Assembly: GCA_963851265.1 (NCBI GenBank)
Contig: CAWKNZ010000007.1
Span: 192,001 to 256,000, forward strand
Source: an uncultured Gemmatimonadales bacterium
GTDB taxonomy: Bacteria > Gemmatimonadota > Gemmatimonadetes > Gemmatimonadales > Gemmatimonadaceae
Direction of reading: 5' to 3'
DNA: 64,000 nucleotides
Shown: positions 1 through 11,322 of the stretch, piece after piece
Position numbering within the stretch: position 1 is the first letter of the stretch
How the letters are laid out: each line of letters starts with the position of its first letter
The notes under the pieces: model-generated
The model's input: only the letters and a program-made list of their open reading frames with translations
What the model was told of the DNA's origin: nothing
The model's database searches: none
Made by a program: the position numbers and the translations under genes

Positions 1-796
1 GCCGCGGCGCGAGCGTCGCGTGCGTGCTGTCGGCCTGGCTCTGGAAGTTGTCGAGGTACTGCAGCATCGCCGGGCTGTGCGCGACCGCGCCCAGCAGGTC
101 ACGGAAGTGCCCCATCGCGTGCTCGCGGACGGTCGCGTCGTACTCCGGCAGGTAGTACCGGAGCCGGTCCTTGCCGGCGAAGACGTTGAAGTGGTTCTCC
201 CAGAAGTCGACCATCACCTCCTGGAGCTGCCGCTCGCTGCCCACCGCGCGGGCCGTTCGCGCGGCCTGCAACTCGCCGACGAAGACGTAGGACTTGCGCG
301 CCATCTGCTTGGCCTGCGCGGTGTCCTGCGCCGTCATGGGCGTGCCCTGCACGGCGCGCTTGATCAGCAACTGTCCCGGGGGCGGGTTGTCGGCCAGGAG
401 TTGGGCGCCGCGCTCGCCGAGCGCGGGCCAGCGCACGGCGATTGCCTGCCCCACGCTGTCGGGCAGCCGCTCGGGGAAGAGCTGTTGGTCGATCCATCGG
501 TCGACGCCCTCGGCCCGCACGCGCTCGTAATCACCCGGACGCGCGCCGAACGTCAACCGCGACAGCGCGTGGCGCGCCTGCTGGTCGGCCGTGAGTTCAC
601 GGCCCTCGGTGGTGTAGTGCGCGGCGAAGGCGGGCAGCGGCGGCGGGTCGGCGCGGCGGACGCCGTCGACGCGCCGCGCACCGTCGGCGTTCGCGCCCCC
701 CGTCGCGCAACCGGCCGCGCAGAGTGACGCGCCGAGCGCGACGGCCGCGACGCGGCGGGCGAGCGGCGAGGGATGGGATCGGAAGGAGGAAGCCAT
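1..796 (-). CDS. DUF1800 family lipoprotein (5' part; runs off the window)
   Basis: Not in the ORF track because there is no stop in the window. Manual translation from ATG at 796 gives MASSFRSHP...ASLCAAGC (lipobox-like), then HALSRLTFGARPGD..GVDRWIDQQL, ERQLQEVMVDFWENHFNV and FRDLLGAVAHSPAMLQYLDN, all typical DUF1800 motifs. Confidence 0.9.
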   Translation of the reverse strand, partial: MASSFRSHPSPLARRVAAVALGASLCAAGCATGGANADGARRVDGVRRADPPPLPAFAAHYTTEGRELTADQQARHALSRLTFGARPGDYERVRAEGVDRWIDQQLFPERLPDSVGQAIAVRWPALGERGAQLLADNPPPGQLLIKRAVQGTPMTAQDTAQAKQMARKSYVFVGELQAARTARAVGSERQLQEVMVDFWENHFNVFAGKDRLRYYLPEYDATVREHAMGHFRDLLGAVAHSPAMLQYLDNFQSQADSTHATLAPR

Positions 797-976
797 GCGC
801 AACACGCAGATCAGGACCGGAGCGAGACGGGCCGAGCGGAAGGCGGGCCGGCGCGCGACAAGCGACGCGAACGCGCGCGAACATGCGTCACTCCGGCCAC
901 ACCCGATAGACGCGCGCGCCGCCCGGGTGTTAACCCCGTCCGCTCGCCGACGTTGCGACCCGGCTTACTTCCCGAC

Positions 977-1471
977 GTGCAACCCGCGGCCGCGCCGTCC
1001 TCATCTCCGCTCGTTCGCGCCGCCGCGCTCGCTGCGGCCGCGGCGCTCGGCGTGATGGTCGGCTTCGGGCTGCGCGGCGTCGGCGCCGACGGGTGGACGA
1101 CCGCGCTCTCGCGTCTGGCGGTAGTCGCGCTGCGCCTGCGCGGCGTGCCGGAGTTCGTGACGCCCGACCGCGACTCCGGTGCGGGGTCGATCATGGGCGG
1201 CCTGCAGGTGGCAGGGATCGCTGCCGCCTGGGGCGCGATCCTGGCCGCGGTGCGACGCCGGCTCTCCGCTCGGGGTACCGCGCCCGGGGCGTGCACGGCC
1301 GCGCTGGCCGGCGTGCTCGCCGCGCTCGCGGGCGCCGACACGGTCCTGCCTGCGTCGTTGCGCCTGGCCGCCGGCACGCTTACCGGAGCCGAGTGGGTGG
1401 TGATGGTCGCGGTGGTGGCGACGGCCGCGTGGATCGGCGCGCGCGTGCCCGCGCCCCGCGCCGTGACGTAG
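977..1471 (+). CDS. hypothetical membrane protein
   Basis: 3' part of ORF 773..1471 with several hydrophobic Ala/Leu/Val stretches; GTG start at 977 is inferred. Confidence 0.55.
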   Translation: MQPAAAPSSSPLVRAAALAAAAALGVMVGFGLRGVGADGWTTALSRLAVVALRLRGVPEFVTPDRDSGAGSIMGGLQVAGIAAAWGAILAAVRRRLSARGTAPGACTAALAGVLAALAGADTVLPASLRLAAGTLTGAEWVVMVAVVATAAWIGARVPAPRAVT

Positions 1472-1722
1472 TCGAAACTGCCGCACGCCGCGTCCGTCAC
1501 CGCGTCGTGACGCGCCCTGCGCTTCGTGCGTCGTGCCCACGTTGCGACGGACGTGGGCGCGCGCCCTCGGGTGACTCCTCGGCGTCCTGCCGGGTCTGCC
1601 GTAATGGGAGACTCGTGCGACGCGCCCCTCGGCGGCGCTTCCTCTTTCTCGCCGGGCGGACGCCGCGACGCCCCACGTGTGAGTCGCCCCAAGATGCCGA
1701 GCCAGGCTCGGCGGAGGCCCGT

Positions 1723-2313
1723 GTGGACGTTCTCGTTCTCCTCGCCGATTCCGACGACGCGGTCGACACGACCGCGACTGCCACTGGCGTTCCGATCGCC
1801 CACGTGCGGTCCACGCCCGACCCGCGGTGCTTCGACAGCCGGCCCGGCCGCGGCGCTCGTGAGGTCGTGACCCTGTACGGCTCGGCCGAACCTGACCGCA
1901 TCGCGGTGGCGGTCGCGGCCGCGTTCGAGAGCCGCCGCGCCAGCGGCGTGCCGCCCGATGCGGTGCGGCAGATCGGCGTGTGGGCCGACCGTGGCGCCGT
2001 GGGCGACGTTGCCTGGCGCGATCGCACCACCGGACTCGTGGTCACGCTCGACGTCGCGATCTCGGCGGCGGCCATCGCCGGAACCGCCGGCCAACTCCTC
2101 ATGGAGCAGGGCCGCGCCATCCGGCAGACGGCCGCCGGACTGACGATGCCCGACTGGCCCGAGGGGACGCGACGCGCGATCCAGGTGAGCTTCGCCGACG
2201 TCGGCGCGCCTGTGGCCGCAGCGGGCGCTCACGACGCGTTGCTCGCGTCGCTTCGCGAGGCCGACGGGTACGACGACCTGCACGACGACGCCTACGGCGA
2301 AGTCGTGGGGTGA
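1723..2313 (+). CDS. hypothetical protein
   Basis: GGAGG at 1713-1717 precedes GTG 1723, in frame with ORF 1093..2313; protein-like composition (VDVLVLLADSDD...YGEVVG). Confidence 0.55.
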   Translation: MDVLVLLADSDDAVDTTATATGVPIAHVRSTPDPRCFDSRPGRGAREVVTLYGSAEPDRIAVAVAAAFESRRASGVPPDAVRQIGVWADRGAVGDVAWRDRTTGLVVTLDVAISAAAIAGTAGQLLMEQGRAIRQTAAGLTMPDWPEGTRRAIQVSFADVGAPVAAAGAHDALLASLREADGYDDLHDDAYGEVVG

Positions 2314-2317
2314 CGCA

Positions 2318-2340
2318 CGCGGCCGCAGCATGCGGCCGCG
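2318..2340. terminator. GC-rich hairpin after the 1723..2313 gene
   Basis: cgcggccgca-gca-tgcggccgcg, a 10-bp perfect inverted repeat right after the stop; no U-tract. Confidence 0.35.
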
Positions 2341-2392
2341 TCGCGTGTCGGACGGGCGACGACGAGTGTCGCCGCCCTTTGTAGCTTCAGGG

Positions 2393-4060
2393 ATGCCGAA
2401 CGCACCCGTTCGCGACGCGCGTCATGTCGATCCGCGTTCGCCCGCCGTCGTCGAACCGGCGCCTCCGCTGCCGGGCGAGGACGTGCTCGCCGCCCTCCTC
2501 GACGACGCGCGGTTCGACGCCGCGCTTCCGTTCACCGCCGTCGTGGCGCGTTACTTCGAAGACGCCGGCGCCGGGCGCGGTCCTGTGAGTTCGGCCCGGC
2601 CAGCCGCCGAGCTGGCCGCCCGCTTCGACGAACCGCTTCCGCGGGGGCGTCGCCCACTCGCCGACGTGGCCGCGCGCCTCGCGCGCGACGTCGTCGCCGA
2701 CGCCAACCGGCTCACGCACCCGATGTCGCTCGGGCATCAGGTCGCGCCGCCGCTGCCGGCAACGGTGTGGGCCGACACGGTCGTCGCGGCCCTCAACCAG
2801 TCGGTCGCCGTTCAGGAGATGTCGCCCACCGGCACCGCGGTCGAGTTGCGCGTGATCCGGTGGATGTGCGACCTCGCGGGCTTCGGACCGAAGGCGGGCG
2901 GAACGTTCACGTCGGGCGGCACGGAGGCCACGTTCGCCGCGCTCCTGGCCGCGCGCAGCCGGGCGGTGCCCGACGTCTGGGCCAACGGACTCGGCGCCGA
3001 CCCGCCGGTGATCGTGTGCGGCGAACACGCGCACTACGCCGTCACGCGCGCGGCGGGCGCGATGGGCCTGGGACTGCGCAACGTGGCGTGCGTCCCCTCG
3101 CGCGACCCCACCGGCGGGGACTTCGCGATGGACACCGGCGCCCTCGGCCGCACGCTCGGCGACCTGAGCGCGAGTGGCCGGCGCGTGATGGCCGTCGTCG
3201 CGACCGCTGGGTCGACGGCGACTGGGAGCTTCGACGACATCGACGCCGTCGCGGACGCGTGCGCCGCGCACGACCACTGGCTGCACGTCGACGGCGCGCA
3301 CGGCGCGTCGGCGCTGCTCTCGGACACGCACCGCCGCCGCCTGCGTGGGCTCGCGCGGGCGCACTCGCTCGCGTGGGACCCGCACAAGATGTTGCTGGTG
3401 CCGCTGGCCGCGGGCGTCGTGCTCGTGCGAGACGAGCGGTGGCTCGACGGCGCGTTCGCGCAGGCGGCGCCGTACCTCTTCCACGCGCCGACCGAGCGCG
3501 ACGCCGAAGAGTTCGATGCTGGGGAGTCCGACGGCGTGCCGCCGCGCGGGTGGGATCAGGGCGTCCGCACGTTCCAGTGCTCGCGGCGCGTCGACGCGCT
3601 CAAGCTGTGGGTGGCGCTCCAGCGCTACGGCGCCGACGGACTGGGCGCACTGTACGACCGGCTCTGCGCGCTGGCGGCGCGCCTGCACGCCCGACTGGTG
3701 GCCCACCCAGCGTTCGAGGTGCTACACGCGCCCGAATCCAACATCCTCTGCTTTCGTCGCACCGCCGCATCGCTCGATCTCGAGACCGCCCCCGACGCGG
3801 ACGGTGCGCGAACGCGCGTCGGCGGTACGGTCGGTCCCGACGCGCTCGACGCCGCGCAGTCGGCCATCCGGGCGAACTACAACGCGTCGGGGGCGGGGTG
3901 GATCACGTCGACGGTGCTCGACGGCCGTCGGGTCCTGCGGGTGACCGTGATGAACCCACGGACCACCGATTCGCACCTCGCCGCGCTCGTCGACGGGCTG
4001 GCGAACACGAGCATTGGGGGCACCGGAGGGAGTGAGTCGGGGCGCACGCGAGGTGGATGA
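2393..4060 (+). CDS. PLP-dependent group II amino-acid decarboxylase (DABA/aromatic amino acid decarboxylase-like)
   Basis: GTFTSGGTEA, VATAGSTATGSFD, WLHVDGAHG, SLAWDPHK (PLP lysine), LRVTVMNP; ATG 2393 chosen as start. Confidence 0.9.
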   Translation: MPNAPVRDARHVDPRSPAVVEPAPPLPGEDVLAALLDDARFDAALPFTAVVARYFEDAGAGRGPVSSARPAAELAARFDEPLPRGRRPLADVAARLARDVVADANRLTHPMSLGHQVAPPLPATVWADTVVAALNQSVAVQEMSPTGTAVELRVIRWMCDLAGFGPKAGGTFTSGGTEATFAALLAARSRAVPDVWANGLGADPPVIVCGEHAHYAVTRAAGAMGLGLRNVACVPSRDPTGGDFAMDTGALGRTLGDLSASGRRVMAVVATAGSTATGSFDDIDAVADACAAHDHWLHVDGAHGASALLSDTHRRRLRGLARAHSLAWDPHKMLLVPLAAGVVLVRDERWLDGAFAQAAPYLFHAPTERDAEEFDAGESDGVPPRGWDQGVRTFQCSRRVDALKLWVALQRYGADGLGALYDRLCALAARLHARLVAHPAFEVLHAPESNILCFRRTAASLDLETAPDADGARTRVGGTVGPDALDAAQSAIRANYNASGAGWITSTVLDGRRVLRVTVMNPRTTDSHLAALVDGLANTSIGGTGGSESGRTRGG

Positions 4061-4196
4061 CGGGCCGTGACGGGGCGCCCGTCCACGTCGTCCCGGCCGG
4101 CAACCGCTGAGCGTGGCATGTGCGTTGCGCTTCGTTCAACTCGTCCCGGTCGCTCGTGTCCCTGTTCGCGCGGACCGTGGAGCCCCGAGCCGCCGT

Positions 4197-4412
4197 ATGC
4201 CGCATCCCGTCAACCCCCCGACCCCGACATCGTCCGTGCTCCCGTCCGATGCTGCTGCGCAGCGCGATGCGGTCGCCGGTGATCGCTCCGCCTGCGAAGT
4301 ACCCGACGCGCAACTGTGGCGCGACGCGATCGGCGCCGCCCGTCGCGCGGCCGCGGCGGCTGCGGAGCTTCGCCTCGCGTTGGACGCGACGAGGCTGGGG
4401 CGGCCGTCGTAG
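4197..4412 (+). CDS. possible small hypothetical protein
   Basis: ATG 4197 in ORF 4113..4412 with a helical Ala-rich C-terminus; fills the gap, no motif. Confidence 0.3.
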   Translation: MPHPVNPPTPTSSVLPSDAAAQRDAVAGDRSACEVPDAQLWRDAIGAARRAAAAAAELRLALDATRLGRPS

Positions 4413-4421
4413 CCGGGCGCG

Positions 4422-4991
4422 TCAGCGAAGCGCCTGGCGGACCGCGGCGTCGAGATTCTGTTCGGCGCCCTGACCCGTGTACACGACCTTCCCGGCGCGG
4501 TCGAGCACCACGACGTACGACGTGGCCGGGACGTCGTACGCCGACGTCGCTTTCCCGTCACGATCGTAGTACAGCTCGAGGGGCAGCTGGTACTTGGCGG
4601 CGTAGGCCCGCACGCGATCGGGCGACTGGTTGACCGAGACTGCGACGCCGACGAGGCGGACACGTCCGGCGTAGCGCGCGGCGATCTGCTTCACCTGCGG
4701 TTCGAGCGCCTTGCAGTTGGGGCACCAGGTCGCCCAGAACTCGATCAGCGTGGGCCCGCGTCCCGTCACGGCGCTCAGATTGGCGGGTCGGCCGTCCAGC
4801 GACTCGACCGCCGCCGCGGGCGCCCGCGTGCCTACCGGGAGCCCAAGCTCCTGCGCGCTGGCGCCGCGTGCCGCGAGCGTGCCGCCGAGGAGGGCCGAGA
4901 CGACGGCGAGCGCGAGGGCGCGCCCGACTGAACGCACGCGAAGGGCCCGCGGCGTGAGCCGGCGCTCGGAGAACAGCAGGTGTGCGGTCAT
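4422..4991 (-). CDS. TlpA/ResA-family thiol:disulfide oxidoreductase
   Basis: Signal peptide/anchor, EFWATWCPNC active site, YDVPATSYVVVLDRAG. Confidence 0.9.
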   Translation of the reverse strand: MTAHLLFSERRLTPRALRVRSVGRALALAVVSALLGGTLAARGASAQELGLPVGTRAPAAAVESLDGRPANLSAVTGRGPTLIEFWATWCPNCKALEPQVKQIAARYAGRVRLVGVAVSVNQSPDRVRAYAAKYQLPLELYYDRDGKATSAYDVPATSYVVVLDRAGKVVYTGQGAEQNLDAAVRQALR

Positions 4992-5022
4992 GAGGTGAGG
5001 AGAAAGGGCGGGCGCGCGACGT

Positions 5023-5766
5023 TCAGATGAGAACGGTGCCCATCTGCACGAGGTAGTACTCGGCCGCGCCGAGCATGAGGAGCGCGAATCCGCGCTTGAC
5101 CCACACCATCCACATCCCCGCGCGCGGCATTCGGGCGAGCGTGCCGCTCGAGAGCCCGACGACCGCGAGCAGGGCGCACATGCCGAGCGAGAACGTGAAC
5201 AGGTAGAGAAAGCCGAGTGCCGCCGAGTGCGTCGTGCTCACCCACGTGAGCACCGCGGCCATCACCGGGGCGGAGCAGGGGGCGGCGACGAGCCCGGACA
5301 TCGCGCCCATCACGAGCGCGCCCGTCACGCGCCCCGCGGTGCCTGCCGTGGCCGCGCGCTGCATGAGCGCCGCCGGGAGCCGCACCGGGATGACGTCGAG
5401 CATCGAGAGCGCGGCGACCAAGAGCAGGTTGGCCATCGCGAAGAACAGCCACGGGTTGGTACTGACGCTGCCGAACAGCGTGCCCGTGAGGCCGGCGAAC
5501 AGCCCGAGCGCCGAGTAGACGAGCGCCAGCCCGACGACGTAGGCGAGGGTGAGCAGGGCCACCCGGGCCCGCGCGCCGCGCCGTGTCCGGGGCGCCCCGT
5601 CCGCGGGCACTCCGTCCGCAGCCGCGGCCGTCTGCCCTCCCACGATCGCCGCCGTGATCGGGATCATCGGGTAGACGCACGGCGTGAGGGAGGTGAGCAC
5701 GCCCGCGCCGAACAGGGCGGGCAGGGCGGCCGCGGGGTGCGCGGAGAGTTGGGCGGCGAGGTCCAC
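5023..5766 (-). CDS. ccdA: CcdA/DsbD-type cytochrome c biogenesis / disulfide interchange membrane protein
   Basis: GVLTSLTPCVYPMIPIT and LVAAPCSAPVM conserved Cys motifs, about 6 TM segments; GTG start at 5766; adjacent to TlpA. Confidence 0.88.
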   Translation of the reverse strand: MDLAAQLSAHPAAALPALFGAGVLTSLTPCVYPMIPITAAIVGGQTAAAADGVPADGAPRTRRGARARVALLTLAYVVGLALVYSALGLFAGLTGTLFGSVSTNPWLFFAMANLLLVAALSMLDVIPVRLPAALMQRAATAGTAGRVTGALVMGAMSGLVAAPCSAPVMAAVLTWVSTTHSAALGFLYLFTFSLGMCALLAVVGLSSGTLARMPRAGMWMVWVKRGFALLMLGAAEYYLVQMGTVLI

Positions 5767-5808
5767 GGGCGAAACGTACACGGCCGCGGCGGGCGCGGCC
5801 GGCGGCGC

Positions 5809-5849
5809 TAGATTGCTACCCTGCACACGTTCGCTAACTCCGCCGGAGG
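5809..5849 (+). promoter_or_regulatory. putative -10 box (TAGATT) and RBS (GGAGG) of ettA
   Basis: TAGATT at 5809-5814; GGAGG at 5845-5849, 7 nt before the TTG start. Confidence 0.45.
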
Positions 5850-5856
5850 TATACAG

Positions 5857-7527
<1,671 letters not shown>

Positions 7528-7531
7528 CGAC

Positions 7532-7592
7532 GGCGCACCAGCGACGCGGGCCGCCGGCCGCAACGGTCGGCGGCCCGCGTCGCTGGTGCGCC
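7532..7592. terminator. long hairpin between convergent ettA and GH31 (bidirectional terminator/3' stabiliser)
   Basis: ggcgcaccagcgacgcgggccgccggccg-caa-cggtcggcggcccgcgtcgctggtgcgcc: 29-bp stem with one G-T pair. Confidence 0.75.
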
Positions 7593-7606
7593 CCCCGGCG
7601 CGCCCG

Positions 7607-10000
7607 TCAGCGCGCCGTCGGACCCGTCACCCGGAACGCGACGCGACCGCCTAACGGGTCGCGCACCAGCCGGCCGCCCTCCACCCGCACGGCCGACACG
7701 CCGCCCTCCGGCGTCGTCACGCTGCCCTCGGCCGGCGCGCCGTCGCTGCTGAACGTGCGAAGCTCCATCGTGCGCCAGTCGATGGCCGCCGTGTTCTGCG
7801 CCACGGCCACGTGCGGAATCACCGTGTGGTCGCGCACCAGCAACACGATCGGGATCTGCCCCGCGGCGATGTCGTGCCACCGTGCGCCCGCGTACACCCG
7901 TCCCGTCTGGTAGTCCGTCCACGCGCCCGGCGGGACGTACACGCGCCGTGCGCTCGCGGTGTCCGCGAACAGCGGCGCGACGAGCAGGTCCGAGCCGAAC
8001 AGGTACTCGTCGTCCACCAGCCACGACGTCGGGTCGCCCGGATACTCGAAGAAGAGCGCGCGCATCATCGGCCAGCCGTGCGCGGACGACGTCCTGGCCT
8101 GCGCGTAGATGTACGGCATGAGCGCGTACTTGAGCCCGATGCCGCGGCGGAAGTCGTCCTCGAACGCGGCGTCGTACTCCCAGGGCTCGCGCGGCGGCGC
8201 GCCGTGCGTGCGGGTGTGCGAGGTGAGCGCGCCGAACGGCAGCCACCGGCGGTACAGGTCGCGCGGCGCCCGGCCGACGAATCCGCCCACGTCGTGGCTC
8301 CAGTACGTGAACCCCGAGAGGCCCATCGAGAGCCCCGCCCGCAGTTCGGCGGCCATGGCCTGGTTCGTGTTCTCCGCGTCGCCGCCCCAGTGCAGCGGAT
8401 AGCGCTGACTCCCCGCCCACGCGCTCCGCCCCCAGATGATGCCGCCGCCGGTGACGCGTTTCGTCACGTCGTAGACCGCGGCGTTGTAGCGAACGGGGTA
8501 GAGGTTGTGCTCGTACCACCCGGTCTCGCCCGAATGGTAGACGCCGTCGACGGGCGCGTTCTCGCCGAAGTCGGCCTTGATCACGCTCACGCCCATGCGG
8601 AGCAGCGCGGCGAGCTTCGCCTGGTACCACGCGACCGCGGCCGGGTTGCTGAAGTCGAGGACCGCGTCCTCGGCCGGCAGCCGCCCGCCGGCGTCTCGCA
8701 CGTGGTAGCCGTGGTCGACGATCTCCTTCCACAGCGGGTTCTTCGGCGTGAAATACGTGTACTGCCAGAGGCTGACGTGGAAGCCGTCGCGCCCGAGATC
8801 ACGAATCATCCCCGCCGGGTCGGTGAAACGGGATTTCGAGAACTGGTAGTCGCTCCGCCAGTCCGTCTCGAACCACCCCGTGTCGAGGTGGAGCACGTCG
8901 GTCGGGATGCGGTGCTCGCGCAGCTTGCGGGCGACGTCCCGGACCTGCGCCTCGGCGTTGTACGTGATTCGGCTCATCCAGAGTCCGAACGACCACAGCG
9001 GCGGCACCGGGCTGCGCCCGGTGAGCGCGGTGTACTCCGAGACGACGTCCTTGGGCTCGCCGAGAAAGACGAAGATGTCGGAGAGCTCGTCGCCCGAGTA
9101 GATCGTGTTGTGCGCGTCGTACTGCGCGCCGACGTCGAACGTCACCGGCGCGCTCGTGTGCGCGAACATGCCATACCCGTTGCTGCTGACGAAGAACGGC
9201 ACCGCCTTGTACTGCAGCCGACTCTGCGCCCCCATCGCATCGCGCAGGTACGAGACGATCCGCTGCCCGCGCTTGTTCAATCGTGTGAACGACTCGCCGA
9301 GTCCGAAGATCTTCTCGTCGGGCGCAAGTTCGAACGTGGCCGCCGTGCTCCGCCCGAGGTCGCGGGTGCGGCGCACGAACGAGAACGGCACGTAGGGCAG
9401 GAACGACGCGGGCTGGCCGAGCCGCTGTGTGCGGGTCAGCAGGCGGCCCGCGGCGTCCCGGAACTCGATGCTCCACGGATTCCGCACGAGGCGCACGGAC
9501 CCGTAGCTGCTCGTATACGTCACCACGCTGTCAGTGCTCGCCACGCGCCACGTGCGATCCGCCGGCACCGGCCCTGCGAGCATCAGCGACGGGCCGTGCA
9601 CCTGGTCGAACCGCACGTCGCGCGTCGAGAAGCGCAGGCGCACGGTTCGCGGACTCACGAAATCGATGCGGAAGGGCAGCGTCGGGTCCCGGTCGTACTC
9701 GGTCGACGGGAACTCGGTCGCGGGGCCGCGCACGAACCCCGCGTCGAGCTTGTTGAAGTTGAGCCCGGACTGGCGGACGTAGCGGTCCCACTGCAGCGCG
9801 CCCTGCCCCGTGGCGGGGTCGAACCGCGCGACCCGGCTCGCCACGAAGTAGGTCTGGTCGACCGGCTGGAAGTCGCCCGCGACGTCGATCGGGTCGCCGA
9901 GTCGTTCGGCGACCGAGGCCGCCCCGGGCTGCGCGATCGCGACGCCGGGCGCGGCGGCGCAGACGAAGACGAACGCGGCGGCGCGTCGCCAGGCGGGCAT
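7607..10000 (-). CDS. secreted GH31 glycoside hydrolase (alpha-xylosidase/YicI-like)
   Basis: Signal peptide from ATG 10000 (MPAWRRAAAFV...AIAQ); FGLGESF, PLWSFGLWMSR, IKADFGE nucleophile, HWGGD acid/base, WSHDVGGF, EYLFGSDLLVAP. Confidence 0.93.
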   Translation of the reverse strand: MPAWRRAAAFVFVCAAAPGVAIAQPGAASVAERLGDPIDVAGDFQPVDQTYFVASRVARFDPATGQGALQWDRYVRQSGLNFNKLDAGFVRGPATEFPSTEYDRDPTLPFRIDFVSPRTVRLRFSTRDVRFDQVHGPSLMLAGPVPADRTWRVASTDSVVTYTSSYGSVRLVRNPWSIEFRDAAGRLLTRTQRLGQPASFLPYVPFSFVRRTRDLGRSTAATFELAPDEKIFGLGESFTRLNKRGQRIVSYLRDAMGAQSRLQYKAVPFFVSSNGYGMFAHTSAPVTFDVGAQYDAHNTIYSGDELSDIFVFLGEPKDVVSEYTALTGRSPVPPLWSFGLWMSRITYNAEAQVRDVARKLREHRIPTDVLHLDTGWFETDWRSDYQFSKSRFTDPAGMIRDLGRDGFHVSLWQYTYFTPKNPLWKEIVDHGYHVRDAGGRLPAEDAVLDFSNPAAVAWYQAKLAALLRMGVSVIKADFGENAPVDGVYHSGETGWYEHNLYPVRYNAAVYDVTKRVTGGGIIWGRSAWAGSQRYPLHWGGDAENTNQAMAAELRAGLSMGLSGFTYWSHDVGGFVGRAPRDLYRRWLPFGALTSHTRTHGAPPREPWEYDAAFEDDFRRGIGLKYALMPYIYAQARTSSAHGWPMMRALFFEYPGDPTSWLVDDEYLFGSDLLVAPLFADTASARRVYVPPGAWTDYQTGRVYAGARWHDIAAGQIPIVLLVRDHTVIPHVAVAQNTAAIDWRTMELRTFSSDGAPAEGSVTTPEGGVSAVRVEGGRLVRDPLGGRVAFRVTGPTAR

Positions 10001-10010
10001 CGCGCGCACG

Positions 10011-10319
10011 TCAGGCGTCGACGGTGACGGCGTCGTAGATCCGCACCTGGCGCCACAGCCGCGCGCACTCGTCGCGGAACCGGTCGTGCACCGGGTCCAC
10101 CTGGTAGGCGTCGTGCGCCGCCTGGTCGGCGAAGATGGCGACGAGCGCGTACGAGTAGCTGCGGTCGATGATCTCGCGGTTGGTGGCCGCGGGCGTGCCG
10201 AGGTAGCCGTGCTGCACGCTCCCGATGGTCGTGAGCGATCGCGCGCCGGCGACGAACGCTGCGGTTTCGGCCGCGGAGAGGTCGTCGCGGAGCCAGAACA
10301 AGACGGTATGGATGAACAT
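10011..10319 (-). CDS. Dabb family (stress-responsive A/B barrel) protein
   Basis: HTVLFWL...YSYALVAIF..AHDAYQVDPVH..F pattern, 102 aa. Confidence 0.88.
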   Translation of the reverse strand: MFIHTVLFWLRDDLSAAETAAFVAGARSLTTIGSVQHGYLGTPAATNREIIDRSYSYALVAIFADQAAHDAYQVDPVHDRFRDECARLWRQVRIYDAVTVDA

Positions 10320-10602
10320 GCGCGCACACTCTAATGGCGTGCGCGCCGCGGCGCGCGGCCATCGTCGGGGCGGCGCTCGGGATGGGGAGGGAGGCGTGCG
10401 GCGGTGACCGATGTTGCACGCGCGCGTCCGTGTTGCAACCGGGCCACACTCGGCCCATTCCCCTCCGCCCCCGCGCCGTGCCGCGGGGGTCGACCCGCCC
10501 GCCTCTCGCGTGATCCTCGCACTCCGCCCTCACTCGGCCGATCGATGCCGCTCGTCCCGAGCTCGATTCGGTGTTCCCCCCGCTCTCCGGGCGCGTCCCC
10601 GG

Positions 10603-11322
10603 GTGACCCTCGCGGCCTCACGCGCCGCCGCTCTCGCTGCCGCACTCACTGCCACATTCGTGGCTGGCTCGCCGCTCCACGCGCAGACGCCCGACAGCGC
10701 GGTCGCGTCGCCGCGCGCTCACGGCGCGCGGTTCGCCGGCGAGTGGCTTCAGGCGAATGGTGGCCCCATCGACCGCCACGCACTGCCGAGTCTGGCCGCG
10801 ACGGTCAGCCGGCGGCTGGACCGAGGCGTCTTCTCCGGCGCAGAACTGGAGGTCGGCTGGCTGCGCGCGGCGCGCCCGACGACCACGGCGCAGGGCGTGA
10901 CCGCGGGACTCGCGCGCGCGCTGCGCGCCGGCCCGCTCACCCTGCGCCCCGCCATTGCGGCGCTCGCGGGGCAGGCACTCAGTACGGTCGATTCCGGCGG
11001 CTACGACTGGCGCGGCATCAACGCGCCGTATCTCGGGCAGACCGGCTACCAGGACCGGCCGCGCCTCACGCGCGGCGCGACCGTCGGGGCCGGGTTGCAA
11101 CTCGGCGCGGACGTCGCCCTCTACCGCGGACTGCACCTGACGGGGTCGGTGCGGCAGTGGACGTACACGGGCCGCGTGATCGCCGCCAACCGCTCGCCGC
11201 TGCTCGCCGGCTTCGGGCTCGCGTTTGACCGTGCCGCACGGAATGCGGGTTCCGCGCGTGCGAGCGGCGCGATCGTTCGGCCGACGGTGAGCGCGATCGC
11301 GCCAGAGGACACGGCACGATGA
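10603..11322 (+). CDS. hypothetical secreted protein, probable small outer-membrane beta-barrel
   Basis: Signal peptide ending PLHA-Q; alternating beta-strand patterns (GAGLQLGADVAL, LHLTGSVRQW, AGFGLAF); stop overlaps the next start (ATGA). Confidence 0.6.
   Translation: MTLAASRAAALAAALTATFVAGSPLHAQTPDSAVASPRAHGARFAGEWLQANGGPIDRHALPSLAATVSRRLDRGVFSGAELEVGWLRAARPTTTAQGVTAGLARALRAGPLTLRPAIAALAGQALSTVDSGGYDWRGINAPYLGQTGYQDRPRLTRGATVGAGLQLGADVALYRGLHLTGSVRQWTYTGRVIAANRSPLLAGFGLAFDRAARNAGSARASGAIVRPTVSAIAPEDTAR

Noticed and set aside
1490..1680. Structured ncRNA in the 1471-1723 gap
   Set aside because: Only short GC-rich hairpins (e.g. gcccacgt/acgtgggc), which are expected by chance at this GC content; no family consensus.
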